Positions 1 to 10,714 of a stretch of 64,000 nt of DNA are shown piece by piece. The DNA comes from a bacterium (GTDB lineage: Bacteria > SAR324 > NAC60-12), in the NCBI GenBank assembly GCA_965205865.1, contig CBDBHR010000023.1, forward strand, positions 124,884-188,883. The letters are read 5' to 3'. Position 1 is the stretch's first letter; each line of letters begins with the position of its first letter. Position numbers and translations under genes: made by a program. The notes under the pieces were generated by a model that saw only the letters and a list, made by a program, of their open reading frames with translations, was not told the DNA's origin and ran no database searches.

Positions 1-469
1 GGCGCTCGTCAACAAAAACTGAGAGTTCCGGAAAGAACACTTTACAATGCTCAATGGGATGCATGGGTCGCTGTTGGAGAGACCTAGATCCTTTGTTTCA
101 CTCCAGTGGAAACGTTTTGCTGAGATGTCGATCTCCAAATCGAGGGAGAAGTACGTCTTGAATCTTGTGCCCGCGAAAGCGGGTATCAGATCATCACAAA
201 ATATGACGATCAAATGGAGGGCGGAAAAACCTTTATGAGCAAGGACTGATGGAAATTCAACTCTCAAATCCTTTTTTTTAAAAAAACCTCTCAAAGAGTG
301 AGGGGAAACTCAATCAAAATATTCAATTGCAGGATTTAGGTGTCATTCAATTATGCCAACCTATAGAAAAACGCACAAGTGCGAATTGTCTTTGAAAAGG
401 AAATTCTTTTTCTCTATTCCTCTTACTCTACGACCATTGACCTTTCCTTCCTACTCTTTCTCTACCCAA

Positions 470-1110
470 AGTTCAACGAGGACCAGCTGGGGAACCTCGG
501 AGTGTTCCTCATTCCCAGCCTGATTCTGAGAACGGCCTCGGCGACTGCAACCATGCGGATGGGGGAAAGTGGACCTGGCCATGCAGCGCCTGGTCGATGC
601 CTGGATCGCCTTTCCGGGACTGCTGTTGTTGTTGACCATCATGTCCATCGTGGGACAGGAGTTGCTCCAGATCATCATGGTGCTGGGGATCGCCGGTGGC
701 GTCGAAGGCTCCCGAGTCGTGCGGGGCGCGGTGATCGCCATTAAAGAGAATGATTACTTTCTGGTGGCGAAAGCCCTGGGCAGTCCCCTGCCCACCACTC
801 TGAGGCGGCATGTGCTGCCCAATATCATGCCGCCCCTCATCATCATCTTCTCCATCAACATTGGTGCCGTCATCATATCAGAGGCGGCGCTGAGTTTCCT
901 CGGCTTCGGTCTGCCCCCGAACATTTCCAGTTGGGGAGGCATGCTCAGCCGCAAAGGACGTCTCTACATGGAGATAGCCCCCTGGCTGGCGCTCTGGCCC
1001 AGGCTATGCCTGACGATGGTCGTTTTCAGCCTCAACATGTTCGGAGACGCCATGCGTGATCTGCTCGACCCCCGGCTGCGGGGCGGTGAGGGTAGCTACG
1101 GCGCCGTAAA
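470..1110 (+). pseudogene. Deleted dipeptide/oligopeptide ABC permease locus: short DppB fragment joined to the C-terminal two-thirds of DppC
   Basis: EDQLGNLGVFLIPSLIL matches DppB at 8356; the 569 ORF matches DppC at 9370 (HVLPNIM, GDAMRDLLDPRLRG); the 3' end runs into a TIR element. Confidence 0.8.
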
Positions 1111-1125
1111 AATGGGGTCAGAAAT

Positions 1126-1847
1126 GGGGTCAGGCCTTTTATTATTTCATTTGACGTTTCATTCTTCAAATAAACTATCCCGGAGCAAGCTCTCTCGTTG
1201 AGGCTCGACTTTCGTTTCGCTCGAGCGGAGTATTTTGTCGGATTATCTTTTTTTCAACGCAGCAACGGTACGTCGAGCGGCTTCGGCGAGTCAGACCCGA
1301 AAGAGATTAATAGTTTTTCCTCAATTTCTTTCATCCTGTTTACCAAATCTTTGTCTGTTTTGGCGCGTTTTAGCAAAATTCGAATGGCATTGCTTAAGGT
1401 GACGCCATCTCGACCACAACGCTCTCCCCAGACTTCCAATGTTAGATTTTCTGATTTTCGCACTATCCAGGCAACAACCAACCTTGCTTCAAAGGGTTTT
1501 CTTTCTTTCCTTTGGCAAAGAGTTGTTTTTCAGTGATGCGATACAATTGACAAACCGCCTGAATAATTTCTTCCAACTCCAATGTTTTGTGAATGGGCTC
1601 TCCCGCTTGTTGTAAGGCACTTTCCGCAAAGTGATCATCTCCCAAAATCCTTGCTTCTTTATTCCCTTTTTCGAACTCGGGGCGTAGGGTGTCCTCCAGG
1701 GCTTCCTCAACATAGCGACGATACATCCGGCGAGCTTGACCTAGTTTTCTTGCCATTTTTCCTCCCGGTTGCTCTCAAGTCTGGAACTATGCTAACCAGA
1801 GAATTTAACAAAATACAATTTAATCATTTAATCAAAGGCCTGACCCC
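1126..1847 (-). mobile_element. 722-bp non-autonomous RAYT-derived TIR element, copy 1
   Basis: Ends GGGGTCAGGCCTTT...AAAGGCCTGACCCC; ORFs 1463-1756 and 1254-1481 resemble the C-terminus of the RAYT at 52802-53734 (ILGDDHFAESAL vs IIGDDSFAERAL). Confidence 0.8.
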
Positions 1848-1867
1848 TATCAGCGGAGGCCCGGCGG

Positions 1868-2314
1868 TTGATAGAGTTTGCCAAATTCCACCCCGAAGGA
1901 AAGCGTGCGTTTGGCATGTACGGGCCCCCTGATATACCGGCAGCGTGCGTTCACGCTAACGCCAACACGTTGCTCGGCCTTATTCTCGAGACTCCGGAGG
2001 CACTCAAGCACTTGGACGAGATTCTCATCCCCGGGATAGACGTGGTCTGGGTAGGCCATGCCGATCTCTCACAACTGCTGGGTAGAGCCGGCCAGTTTGA
2101 CTATCTCCGGATAATTGAAGCCAGAGACCACGTCCGTGCCATGTGCCAGAGGAAAGGGATAGCGTTCTGTCAGTGGGCTATACCGCCCACTGCAAGCAAG
2201 GTGAAATCATTGTTGGAGAGTGGCATTCGTTGGATAGCGTACGGATCGGATTTATTTTTTCTGGAGCGTGAAGCGCGAAATGCGGTCGATGAGATCGCAG
2301 CTTGGCGCGGTTGA
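1868..2314 (+). pseudogene. HpcH/HpaI aldolase family, N-terminally truncated
   Basis: KFHPEGKR, ILETPEAL..LDEI, GIDVVWVGHADLS motifs; begins right at the TIR junction. Confidence 0.75.
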
Positions 2315-2420
2315 TGAGGTGAGTGAGCAGGGTTATCTCACCCCGGTAATAGCGGAAAAAAGGGGACTGATTTATTTAAAAATGTGAGATCATTTTCTAT
2401 CATCAATGATGAATCCTTTA

Positions 2421-2572
2421 GAAAAGGGGTCAAGTCTTTTTTAGCTTTAAAGAAAAACCTTACCGAATTAGGGAACGGATTTCCAAGTAGAGGGGTATCG
2501 CTTTCCGCTTAAAAACGACTGTCTGTTTGTCGGGAGCCGTTATCGCTTCAGAGAACCGATCTTTCAAAAACC
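2421..2572. repeat. Dispersed repeat, second copy at 63826-64000
   Basis: Closely similar sequence (GAAAAGGGGTCAAGT...CTTTCAAAAACC); the minus strand encodes ITAPDKxTVVFK, like an ABC substrate-binding protein remnant. Confidence 0.8.
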
Positions 2573-2657
2573 AGGCAACGCTGAGTTCACCGGTGTCTTT
2601 TTGCAGAGCGAGGAACGAGCAGCGCAGAAAGGCATCCGGCGCAACGTTTTGTTCGGC
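2573..2657 (-). other. Integron attC recombination site
   Basis: Minus strand: R'' GCCGAAC, imperfect palindrome, R' GTTGCCT; starts 17 bp after the stop of 2675-3217. Confidence 0.75.
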
Positions 2658-2674
2658 ATTTTGTTCCAAGAAGT

Positions 2675-3217
2675 TTATTGAAACGATTTAGGATGAAAAT
2701 TTTCGGGTACTCGAAGTGCAAAAGTCTCATCATGGATCTTAGCTAAGTAAATCCCTGACTGGATCACTCGTTTTTCTAATTCTTCGAGACTATCTACGCA
2801 GGCTAAGATCCCATAGAGTTCTTTGTCTTGATGTTCAGGAAAGAAGGTAGGAAAGGTTTCTAAGTGTTTTAATATTTGTTGCAGCCCCTCTTCACGTAAG
2901 TGGCTTTTTATCTCAACTATATAGGCTTGATGAATATCAGAATTGGCATAAGCCAAGACATCTAATTCCATCGTATGACCATTTTTTTTAGATTTGACTC
3001 GTAGACCAACCACATCCATTTTAAATTGTTCACGCAACAATTTTTCCATCGAAGGGACAGCGATCCCTTCTGTGAAGCTTCCAAATTTTTCTCCAAGTCC
3101 TCCAATTTGTTTGCCAAGTTCTTTCAACTGTTTATCGGTTTGTTCTTGCGATTGTGTCAAACGTTCCTGAACTGTCGCGATCTTGCTCAATAACTCATTT
3201 AGTTCTTGATCTCTCAT
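2675..3217 (-). CDS. DUF3782-like coiled-coil / PD-(D/E)XK-fold protein (cassette gene)
   Basis: ELGKQIGGLGEKFGSFTEG and ELDVL..VEIKS motifs; AGAGGA RBS. Confidence 0.7.
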   Translation of the reverse strand: MRDQELNELLSKIATVQERLTQSQEQTDKQLKELGKQIGGLGEKFGSFTEGIAVPSMEKLLREQFKMDVVGLRVKSKKNGHTMELDVLAYANSDIHQAYIVEIKSHLREEGLQQILKHLETFPTFFPEHQDKELYGILACVDSLEELEKRVIQSGIYLAKIHDETFALRVPENFHPKSFQ

Positions 3218-3327
3218 TATTCCTCTTTAGTATATGATCCAAAAAATATTCTCATAGTATCATATTCTCAGTTGACTACAATTTAATTTCAGAAAGTTTG
3301 CAAAATTTCGATTAAGAATCATGAAAT

Positions 3328-4049
3328 GGTGTTAGGCCTTTGATTATTTCATTTGACGTTTCATTCTTCAAATAAACTATCCCGGAGCAAGCTCTCTCGT
3401 TGAGGCTCGACTTTCGTTTCGCTCGAGCGGAGTATTTTGTCGGATTATCTTTTTTTCAAAGCAGCAACGGTACGTCGAGCGGCTGCGGCGAGTCAGACCC
3501 GAAAGAGATTAATAGTTTTTCCTCAATTTCTTTCATCCTGTTTACCAAATCTTTGTCTGTTTTGGCGCGTTTTAGCAAAATTCGAATGGCATTGCTTAAG
3601 GTGACGCCATCTCGACCACAACGCTCTCCCCAGACTTCCAATGTTAGATTTTCTGATTTTCGCACTATCCAGGCAACAACCAACCTTGCTTCAGAGGGTT
3701 TCCTTTCTTTCCTTTGGCAAAGAGTTGTTTTTCAGTGATGCGATACAATTGACAAACCGCCTGAATAATTTCTTCCAACTCCAATGTTTTGTGAATGGGC
3801 TCTCCCGCTTGTTGTAAGGCACTTTCCGCAAAGTGATCATCTCCCAAAATCCTTGCTTCTTTATTCCTTTTTTCGAACTCGGGGCGTAGGGTGTCCTCCA
3901 GAGCTTCCTCAACATAGCGACGATACATCCGGCGAGCTTGACCTAGTTTTCTTGCCATTTTTCCTCTCGGTTGCTCTCAAGTCTGGAACTATGCTAACCA
4001 TAGAATTTAACAAAATACAATTTAATCATTTAATCAAAGGCCTGACCAC
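3328..4049 (-). mobile_element. 722-bp non-autonomous RAYT-derived TIR element, copy 2
   Basis: Near-identical direct repeat of 1126-1847 at offset 2202, with slightly decayed TIRs. Confidence 0.8.
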
Positions 4050-4625
4050 TTATAAAGCAGCCTGGGTGTCTCCTGCTTCGTAAAGGGCTAATCCTTGTTG
4101 AAAATGTTCCAAGGCTGCGGGGCTTTCAAAGCCGCTGGCGGCTTCGGCCTGCTGCCTGAGATCGTTTGGCTTTGGCGTGGCCGCAAACTGTTCGGCTAGT
4201 TGGCGCTGCTCCGGCCGGCGGATGTCAAAACCACCAAATTTTGTGTAGAAAATCGTTCCCGTCTCATCGAGGAAGACCACGTTGAGCACGGCTTTGAAGC
4301 CGAACAGGATGCTGAGCCGGTTATCTGAATCGATGAGGTTATGATAGGTTGCTTGGGCCCGCTCGACAAAGGGTCGAGCCTTAGCCGCTCCCTGCACGTC
4401 GATGGCGACGGCGACGAGCTCAATGTTCTGAGCCCGATGCGCTTCGTAGAATTCCTGCCTGACCGGCAGCTGCTCGCGACAGGCTCACCACGAGGCCCAC
4501 ATAAAGAGGATAACTTTCCGCCCCTTTAAATCCGATAGATTGATCTCATCGCCGTTTAGTGTAGGCAGAGATATGTCTGGAATTAATTGACCTACCGTAA
4601 GAATGTTCTGGCTTACTTTGTTCAT
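4050..4625 (-). CDS. TlpA/ResA-like redoxin selenoprotein (WASW-U-AC), probably C-terminally truncated
   Basis: ATG at 4625 with GAGGAGG RBS; in-frame TGA at 4485-4487 in the active-site position; frame continues into ORF 4050-4397. Confidence 0.75.
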
Positions 4626-4668
4626 AATTGACCTCCTCTGAAAATAGAAATTTGGTCGAATGGACTCC

Positions 4669-4793
4669 CGCTAACGCCGAGGTCACTTGTGCCCACCCGA
4701 TAATGACCAATGTAACAGAGATGAACTGACAGTCTACCACAAAATTTGGTGAAAAACGCAGGGGTGGGCGTCCAGTGAACCGCCTGGTTGACA
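4669..4793 (-). other. Integron attC recombination site
   Basis: Minus strand: TGTCAAC, TCACTGGACGCCCACCC ... GGGTGGGCACAAGTGA, GTTAGCG. Confidence 0.7.
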
Positions 4794-4849
4794 CTTTTTT
4801 CTTGAGGGGTTATCAGTCGAATCACAATAAACGATAACACCTTGACATC

Positions 4850-5190
4850 AAAGGAAGCAACATAAAATGATTCTCAACTGGGAAAAAGAGGAGGGAGGAC
4901 CCATGCAGGTTGAGGAAGAGGCAAGAGAGATGAAATTCTTCACAAAGCGCTGATGGTTTTGGAACCTTTGGTCTTGGAGAGCCGGGAAGAATTGGCAGAA
5001 AAAATACCTCAATGGAAAGCCACTCTGGAGAGGTTGGATTGCCCGGAGTCCGAAAAGAGGCATTTGATAGAATTGTTAACCTATGCTCTTGTAGAGAAGT
5101 TTTCTAAACTGACGAGAGAGGAGATAGAGAAGATGCTCAAACTGACCCCATTGGACGAAACCGTCGCCGGAAAAGAACTGATCCAAAGAT
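4850..5190 (+). pseudogene. Rpn/DUF2887-like nuclease C-terminal fragment
   Basis: LIELLTYALVEKFSKLTREEIEKML..LDET motif; no intact N-terminus. Confidence 0.55.
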
Positions 5191-5919
5191 GCGCTCTGAA
5201 TCCCATGCTTTTCGTGATGAGAAGGGCAGGATTGCCCCATATTTTCAAGGACTGACACAGAGAACAGCGAGGATCAAGTCCAGGATGAGACAAGCACTCG
5301 CCACTGAGGAGTTAAGAGGAGCAAAAAAAATCGATTGACCTCCTCTGAATATTGTTATATAGAGAGGATACTGAAGGGGATAATGAAATCTACCAGAATA
5401 TTGCCATCATCGTTCTTTTGTGATAGTTTTCAAGAAATCGCCTTTGGCTGAAGGTTTTTAAGAATTTCGGCTTGTTTTTTTGTTTCTTTTTTGATAATTT
5501 TCAACGTAAATGCCTTGGGTTTAAGGTTTTATTTCAATTTCGCTCATATTTCAGCCGAAAGTCATCTAAAACCTCATATCATCCCCAGAGGATTTTTAGA
5601 AACGGTCAACGGGGAATTGAACAGTGCCAAACAAAAATGTTGACTTCCGTATCCCAATATGAAAAACTATTTTAGTTGATCATAAGAATACACTCATGAA
5701 TGAATGAGTCGCCCTATTTAAAAAAATCTTGATACATTTGCAGAGCGATTATAATATTTTATTCCAAGAACGGAAAAGCAATAATGAGATCCTTCGCATT
5801 GCCGCTTTCGGTACACCTGTTTGGGCAAATCTTCAGGATGACATGAAAGTCTGAAAATAACTTGTTTCAAGTAAAAAAACATCTGGACAATGAGGTGGTT
5901 ATGAGAGTAAACTTAAAAG

Positions 5920-5988
5920 CCCAGTTCCCAGTTCCCAGTTCCCAGTTCCCAGTTCCCAGTTCCCAGTTCCCAGTTCCCAGTTCCCAGT
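5920..5988 (+). repeat. Heptamer tandem repeat (CCCAGTT)x9 plus partial
   Basis: Read directly; followed by degenerate 7-mers. Confidence 0.95.
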
Positions 5989-6426
5989 AATAAGTTCCAA
6001 GCAACAAGTCACAAGTCCCCAATCCCAAGTTCTACCCCCTTATATTATCTCGACATCAGGGAGAGATCCTTAAGATCCCTCGTTCCCCGTTCCGAGGACG
6101 GAACGGCAATGGGGAATTTGGAAAATCATCGGCGCCTGAGTGCGTCGGTTTATGGTTCATTGCCCAATCCTGGAGCCAATGAATCGGTTTTTTGATCACT
6201 TGAAAATGAAGGAGACCCAATGTGTAGAGAAATCGTCGAGAACGTGCTTTCGGGGACGAAAGTAGTTTTGAAAGCAACCCGCAATCTTGTTTTTAATCAA
6301 AAAGCAGAAAGGAGCACCATGAATCGTCAAAAAAGTAGAGAAATCTTCGACAACATGCCTTCGGCAACGAAAGCAGTTTTTAAATCAATCTTTAATTTTG
6401 AACATGCAATCGAAAGGGAAAAAAAG

Positions 6427-8241
6427 ATGGAAAATCAAAAAAGCAATTCAACCTTCAGTGTAATCCTGCTTACCCTCATCCTGATGGTGGCCGCCATCTG
6501 GGTCAGCCCGGCAGCCATTGCTGCTGAAAAAGAAATGGTCAGAGACCCGGCCACCGGCGAGATGGTAACCGCGCCGGAATATGGTGGGACACTCACGTGG
6601 GCCGCTGCGAGTCATGCTCCGAATACTGACCCGTGGCACGTTGGTGGCTGGGCGCCTCACTTCATCAGTGGCGTTAACGAGGTGCTAGCCTTCACCGACT
6701 GGGCAACATCTAGGGATATATTTAACTTCGCATTCTGGGACCGACCGCACGAGACCACTAGAGGGAATCTGGCTGAAAGCTGGTCAATGCCCGACGATAC
6801 AACGATGATCTTGAACATCCGCCAGGGCGTTCACTTCGCTCTTGATCCAGACAGTGAGGCCAGCCGCCTGGTAGGTGGTCGGGAGCTCGATGCTTCTGAC
6901 GTCGAATGGAACTATCACCGTATGTTGGGTCTGGGCGATTTCACCGCAGACGAACCTCCCGCCCAAAGTGGTGGTGCCAGTGGGGGGATAGAGATCGAAT
7001 CGGTAACGGCCACCGACAAATGGACGGTTGCGATCAAGCTGACGAAGCCTCAACTCAGTGCGGAGTATAAAACATTGAACAACTGGGCCATGTTAGTGTT
7101 GCCTCGCGAGGTAGTCGAGAAATACGGAGACTATAGGGACTGGAGGAACGTGGTCGGCACCGGGCCCCTTATGCTGACTGAATATGTCGAAGGCGTCTCT
7201 ATTACCTGGGAGAAGAATCCTGACTACTGGGGCTACGACGAAAAATTCCCGCAGAACCGCCTGCCCTATATTGACGAGTACAGGTCCCTGCTGATGAAAG
7301 AACCAGCAGCACGCGTGGCGGCACTGCGCACGGGCAAGATTGATATGATGGGTAACGCCGGAGACGCTAATATAGCCTCTATCGACAATCTGCTGACCAT
7401 CCAGCGGACCAACCCTGAAATCGATGTGTGGCCCGTTTATGGTATGGGAACTGCGCAGTTCGTTTTTAACTTGGCTTTGCCGCCCACTTCCGACCTCAAT
7501 GTGCGCAAGGCACTGAATATGGCAGTGGACCGCGAGACAGTTTCCGCTACCTTCCATAAGGGTTGGGGAGATCCAGAACCTATTGGGTTAATGCTGCCCG
7601 TGGAAGGGTGGAGCTGGCCCTATGATGAGTGGCCCGAAGACGTCAAGCAAGAATATACCTATAACCCGGAAAGGGCCGAGGAGCTCCTTGATGCGGCTGG
7701 ATACAAGCGCGGCGCAGACGGCTATCGATTCAAGATCATGTTAGCCCATTACGACAGGTGGGATACGTCCTATTCAGAACTCGTCGGGGGGTACTTGGAT
7801 GCCATTGGCGTTGACAGCGAGCTTGTTGTGCAGACTTACCCTGAGCATGCGGCGGAGCAATCTCTGGTCACGTCCCGGTTTGCGGCAATCACTACTAATC
7901 ATGGGTACGCCAGCGGTACGCTTCTCCCACTAAGAAGGCAAATCCAAAAGGTTGAGGGCTGGAGCTACACCAAAGTGAATGACCCCCGTCTTCTCGCCCT
8001 GTATGAAGGCGGCAAAGATTCTCTCGACATAGAGGAGATAAAGAGTATTTCTCGACAGACCGATGAGATCTTTGTAAAGGAGCACTTCGCCCTAGCCAAA
8101 GCCCGAATCCCGCAGTTTAGCTTGAGCCAACCGTGGGTCATAGGTTATAGCGGTGAATGGAATATGGGGAGAAATCAACGTAATACCTTGTTTGCCCGCC
8201 TGTGGATTGATAGTGAGCTGAAGGCAGCAATGGGTCATTAG
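6427..8241 (+). CDS. ABC transporter substrate-binding protein, family 5 (DppA/OppA-like)
   Basis: Signal peptide, PEYGGTL, LAESW, VGTGP, VRKALNMAVDR; ORF open from 6220, likely start 6427. Confidence 0.9.
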   Translation: MENQKSNSTFSVILLTLILMVAAIWVSPAAIAAEKEMVRDPATGEMVTAPEYGGTLTWAAASHAPNTDPWHVGGWAPHFISGVNEVLAFTDWATSRDIFNFAFWDRPHETTRGNLAESWSMPDDTTMILNIRQGVHFALDPDSEASRLVGGRELDASDVEWNYHRMLGLGDFTADEPPAQSGGASGGIEIESVTATDKWTVAIKLTKPQLSAEYKTLNNWAMLVLPREVVEKYGDYRDWRNVVGTGPLMLTEYVEGVSITWEKNPDYWGYDEKFPQNRLPYIDEYRSLLMKEPAARVAALRTGKIDMMGNAGDANIASIDNLLTIQRTNPEIDVWPVYGMGTAQFVFNLALPPTSDLNVRKALNMAVDRETVSATFHKGWGDPEPIGLMLPVEGWSWPYDEWPEDVKQEYTYNPERAEELLDAAGYKRGADGYRFKIMLAHYDRWDTSYSELVGGYLDAIGVDSELVVQTYPEHAAEQSLVTSRFAAITTNHGYASGTLLPLRRQIQKVEGWSYTKVNDPRLLALYEGGKDSLDIEEIKSISRQTDEIFVKEHFALAKARIPQFSLSQPWVIGYSGEWNMGRNQRNTLFARLWIDSELKAAMGH

Positions 8242-8355
8242 GGGTTTCACCCCTTGTGGCTGACGAAGCCCCGATAGAATCGGGGCTCGCAATGACAAAA
8301 GAGGAGTGGCAATGACGAAAGAAATGACGAGGGAAATCGTAATGAGGTGTAGCAC

Positions 8356-9360
8356 ATGAGAACCTATCTCATCAGGCGGCTATTGTTGCTCATCCCCACC
8401 TTGTGGATATTGACCATCATAGTCTTTCTCTCGGTCCGCTTCATCCCTGGCGATATGGTAGACACACTGGCGGCTCAGATTATGGCGCAAGGTACGGGTG
8501 ACTATATAGACCGTGAAGCTATGGAGCGTATGCTGGGATTAGACGTGCCTGTCTACGTGCAGTATGGACGCTGGATAGGAGTGTTGCCGACCCCTGACTG
8601 GGTTACCGGTGAGTCCCACTTTAGAGGTCTCCTCCAGGGCACCCTTGGCGAATCACTGTGGGGCGGTTGGCCGGCAGAGAGGAGTCTAATAAGTAGATTG
8701 CCAGTAACCATTGAGCTTGGTGTTCTGTCAATCGTAATCGGGCTCGTCATCGCCCTGCCCGTCGGCATCTACTCGGCGGTTCGCCAGGATACCGCCGCCG
8801 ACTACCTGGGGCGCACCATCGCCATCATCGGCCTGGCCACGCCCAACTTCTGGCTGGCCTTGATGGTCCTGCTCTACCCGGTATTGTGGTGGGGCTGGGC
8901 ACCGCCGCTGGAATGGGTTCCTTTCACCGAGGACCCGCTGGGGAATCTCGAGATGTTCCTCATTCCCAGCTTGATTCTGGGAACGGCCATGGCCGCTGCC
9001 ACCATGCGGATGTCACGCACCATGATGCTGGAGGTGCTCCGGCAGGACTATATCCGAACGGCCTGGTCCAAGGGACTCAAGGAGCGGGTCGTGGTGATCC
9101 GGCACGCCATCAAGAATGCCCTCATCCCGGTAGTTACGCTCGTAGGCCTGCAGCTCCCCCTACTGGTAGGTGGCTCCGTTATCATGGAGGAAATATTTAA
9201 CCTGCCGGGGATAGGTCGTATGTTTCTGGATGCCCTCGATCGAAGAGACTACCCGGTGGTCCAAGGTGTAAACCTGTTTTTATCCGCGTTCGTTATGCTT
9301 AACATTCTACTTATCGACATGATTTATCCTTATTTAGACCCCAGGGTCCGCTACAGCTAA
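8356..9360 (+). CDS. ABC transporter permease, DppB/OppB-like
   Basis: RTMMLEVLRQDYIRTAWSKG, RDYPVVQG, LDPRVRY. Confidence 0.93.
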   Translation: MRTYLIRRLLLLIPTLWILTIIVFLSVRFIPGDMVDTLAAQIMAQGTGDYIDREAMERMLGLDVPVYVQYGRWIGVLPTPDWVTGESHFRGLLQGTLGESLWGGWPAERSLISRLPVTIELGVLSIVIGLVIALPVGIYSAVRQDTAADYLGRTIAIIGLATPNFWLALMVLLYPVLWWGWAPPLEWVPFTEDPLGNLEMFLIPSLILGTAMAAATMRMSRTMMLEVLRQDYIRTAWSKGLKERVVVIRHAIKNALIPVVTLVGLQLPLLVGGSVIMEEIFNLPGIGRMFLDALDRRDYPVVQGVNLFLSAFVMLNILLIDMIYPYLDPRVRYS

Positions 9361-9369
9361 AGGGGGAAC

Positions 9370-10338
9370 ATGAGTGACGTAGGGGTACCATCAGTAGAAA
9401 GCGAGCCCAAGAGACGTTCCCGGCTGGCTGATTTCTTTACCAGGCTGGTGAAGGAGAAGCCACTGGGTATTGCCTGCGGGATTATCATATTGATATTGAT
9501 TTTTGTCGGTATCTTTGGCGGTGTTTTGGCCCCTTATCCACATAGGGAAATACACATGGTAGACAGGCTGCAGGGCGCATCAGCCAAGTATCTGCTGGGT
9601 ACCGACCAGTTGGGGCGAGATTTATTCAGCCGCCTTATCTTCGGGGCTCGTATTTCGTTACTTGTCGGTCTGGCAGTGACCGTGCTCAATGTGCTCATCG
9701 CTGTCCTGATCGGCGGCACTTCCGGATTCCTTGGGGGTAAATTGGACTTGGCGGTGCAGCGCTTTGTTGATGCCTGGATCGCCTTTCCGGGACTGCTGTT
9801 GTTGTTGACCATCATGTCCATTGTGGGAAAGGGGCTCCCCCAGATCATCGTGGTGCTGGGGGTTGCCGGAGGCATCGGCGGCTCAAGAGTCATCAGAAGC
9901 GCCGTGATCGCTATCAAAGAGAATGACTATTTTCTGGCAGCCCGGGCCGTGGGCACCCCCACGAGCCAAATCCTGATCCACCATGTCCTGCCCAATATTA
10001 TGGCACCCGTCATTATTATCTTCTCCATTAACATCGGGGGGGTGATTATGTCTTTGGCTTCTCTGGGCTTCCTCGGATACGGTCTACCACCCAACATTCC
10101 TGACTGGGGCGGCATGCTCAGCCGGGAAGGGCGCAAGTACATGGAGCAGGCCCCCTGGCTGGCGCTCTGGCCGGGGCTCTGCCTGACGATTGTCGTCTAC
10201 GCCTTCAACATGTTCGGCGACGCGGTGAGAGACCTGCTCGATCCGCGGCTGCGGGGTGGAGAGGGCAGTTACGGCACTGCGGTGGTGAAACGCAAACGAG
10301 GTCTCCTGGCCCGACTGGTCAACCCCTTCCATCAGTAG
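9370..10338 (+). CDS. ABC transporter permease, DppC/OppC-like
   Basis: LGTDQLGRD, HVLPN, GDAVRDLLDPR. Confidence 0.93.
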   Translation: MSDVGVPSVESEPKRRSRLADFFTRLVKEKPLGIACGIIILILIFVGIFGGVLAPYPHREIHMVDRLQGASAKYLLGTDQLGRDLFSRLIFGARISLLVGLAVTVLNVLIAVLIGGTSGFLGGKLDLAVQRFVDAWIAFPGLLLLLTIMSIVGKGLPQIIVVLGVAGGIGGSRVIRSAVIAIKENDYFLAARAVGTPTSQILIHHVLPNIMAPVIIIFSINIGGVIMSLASLGFLGYGLPPNIPDWGGMLSREGRKYMEQAPWLALWPGLCLTIVVYAFNMFGDAVRDLLDPRLRGGEGSYGTAVVKRKRGLLARLVNPFHQ

Positions 10339-10465
10339 GAATCTCTTCCTTTGTGGGAGGCCGCGCTGAGCATCCTTGGACTGGGCTTACCACCCGATGT
10401 TCCCAACTGGGGGGATGCTCAGTAAAGGGGTTAAGTCTTGACTTTTGCTTACTTTACTCATATGA

Positions 10466-10700
10466 GCGCATGCCCTGCTCTTCGAGCCTGCGGGGTCGAG
10501 CTTTCGGTGGTGTCCTTGTGCTAGCCCTTTGATGCGCACTCGGACTGCTGCCTTCCGACACTTGAACGCTGTCGGCTTTCCTCCAACATGATCCTTCGCT
10601 TTCGGGGCTCAATGACGAGGTCTACACTCTTGGTTCATCCGGCTTTATACCCCACATTACTGTGAGGCGCGGGGACGCCTGGTCGCGGACTTCTCTACTG
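10466..10700 (-). mobile_element. Degenerate group II intron domain I fragment
   Basis: Minus strand ATTGAGCCCCGAAA...GCCGAC...GGAAGGC...GCATG, the same motif order as in the intron at 53815-54506. Confidence 0.5.
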
Positions 10701-10714
10701 TGAAAGCCAAACTG

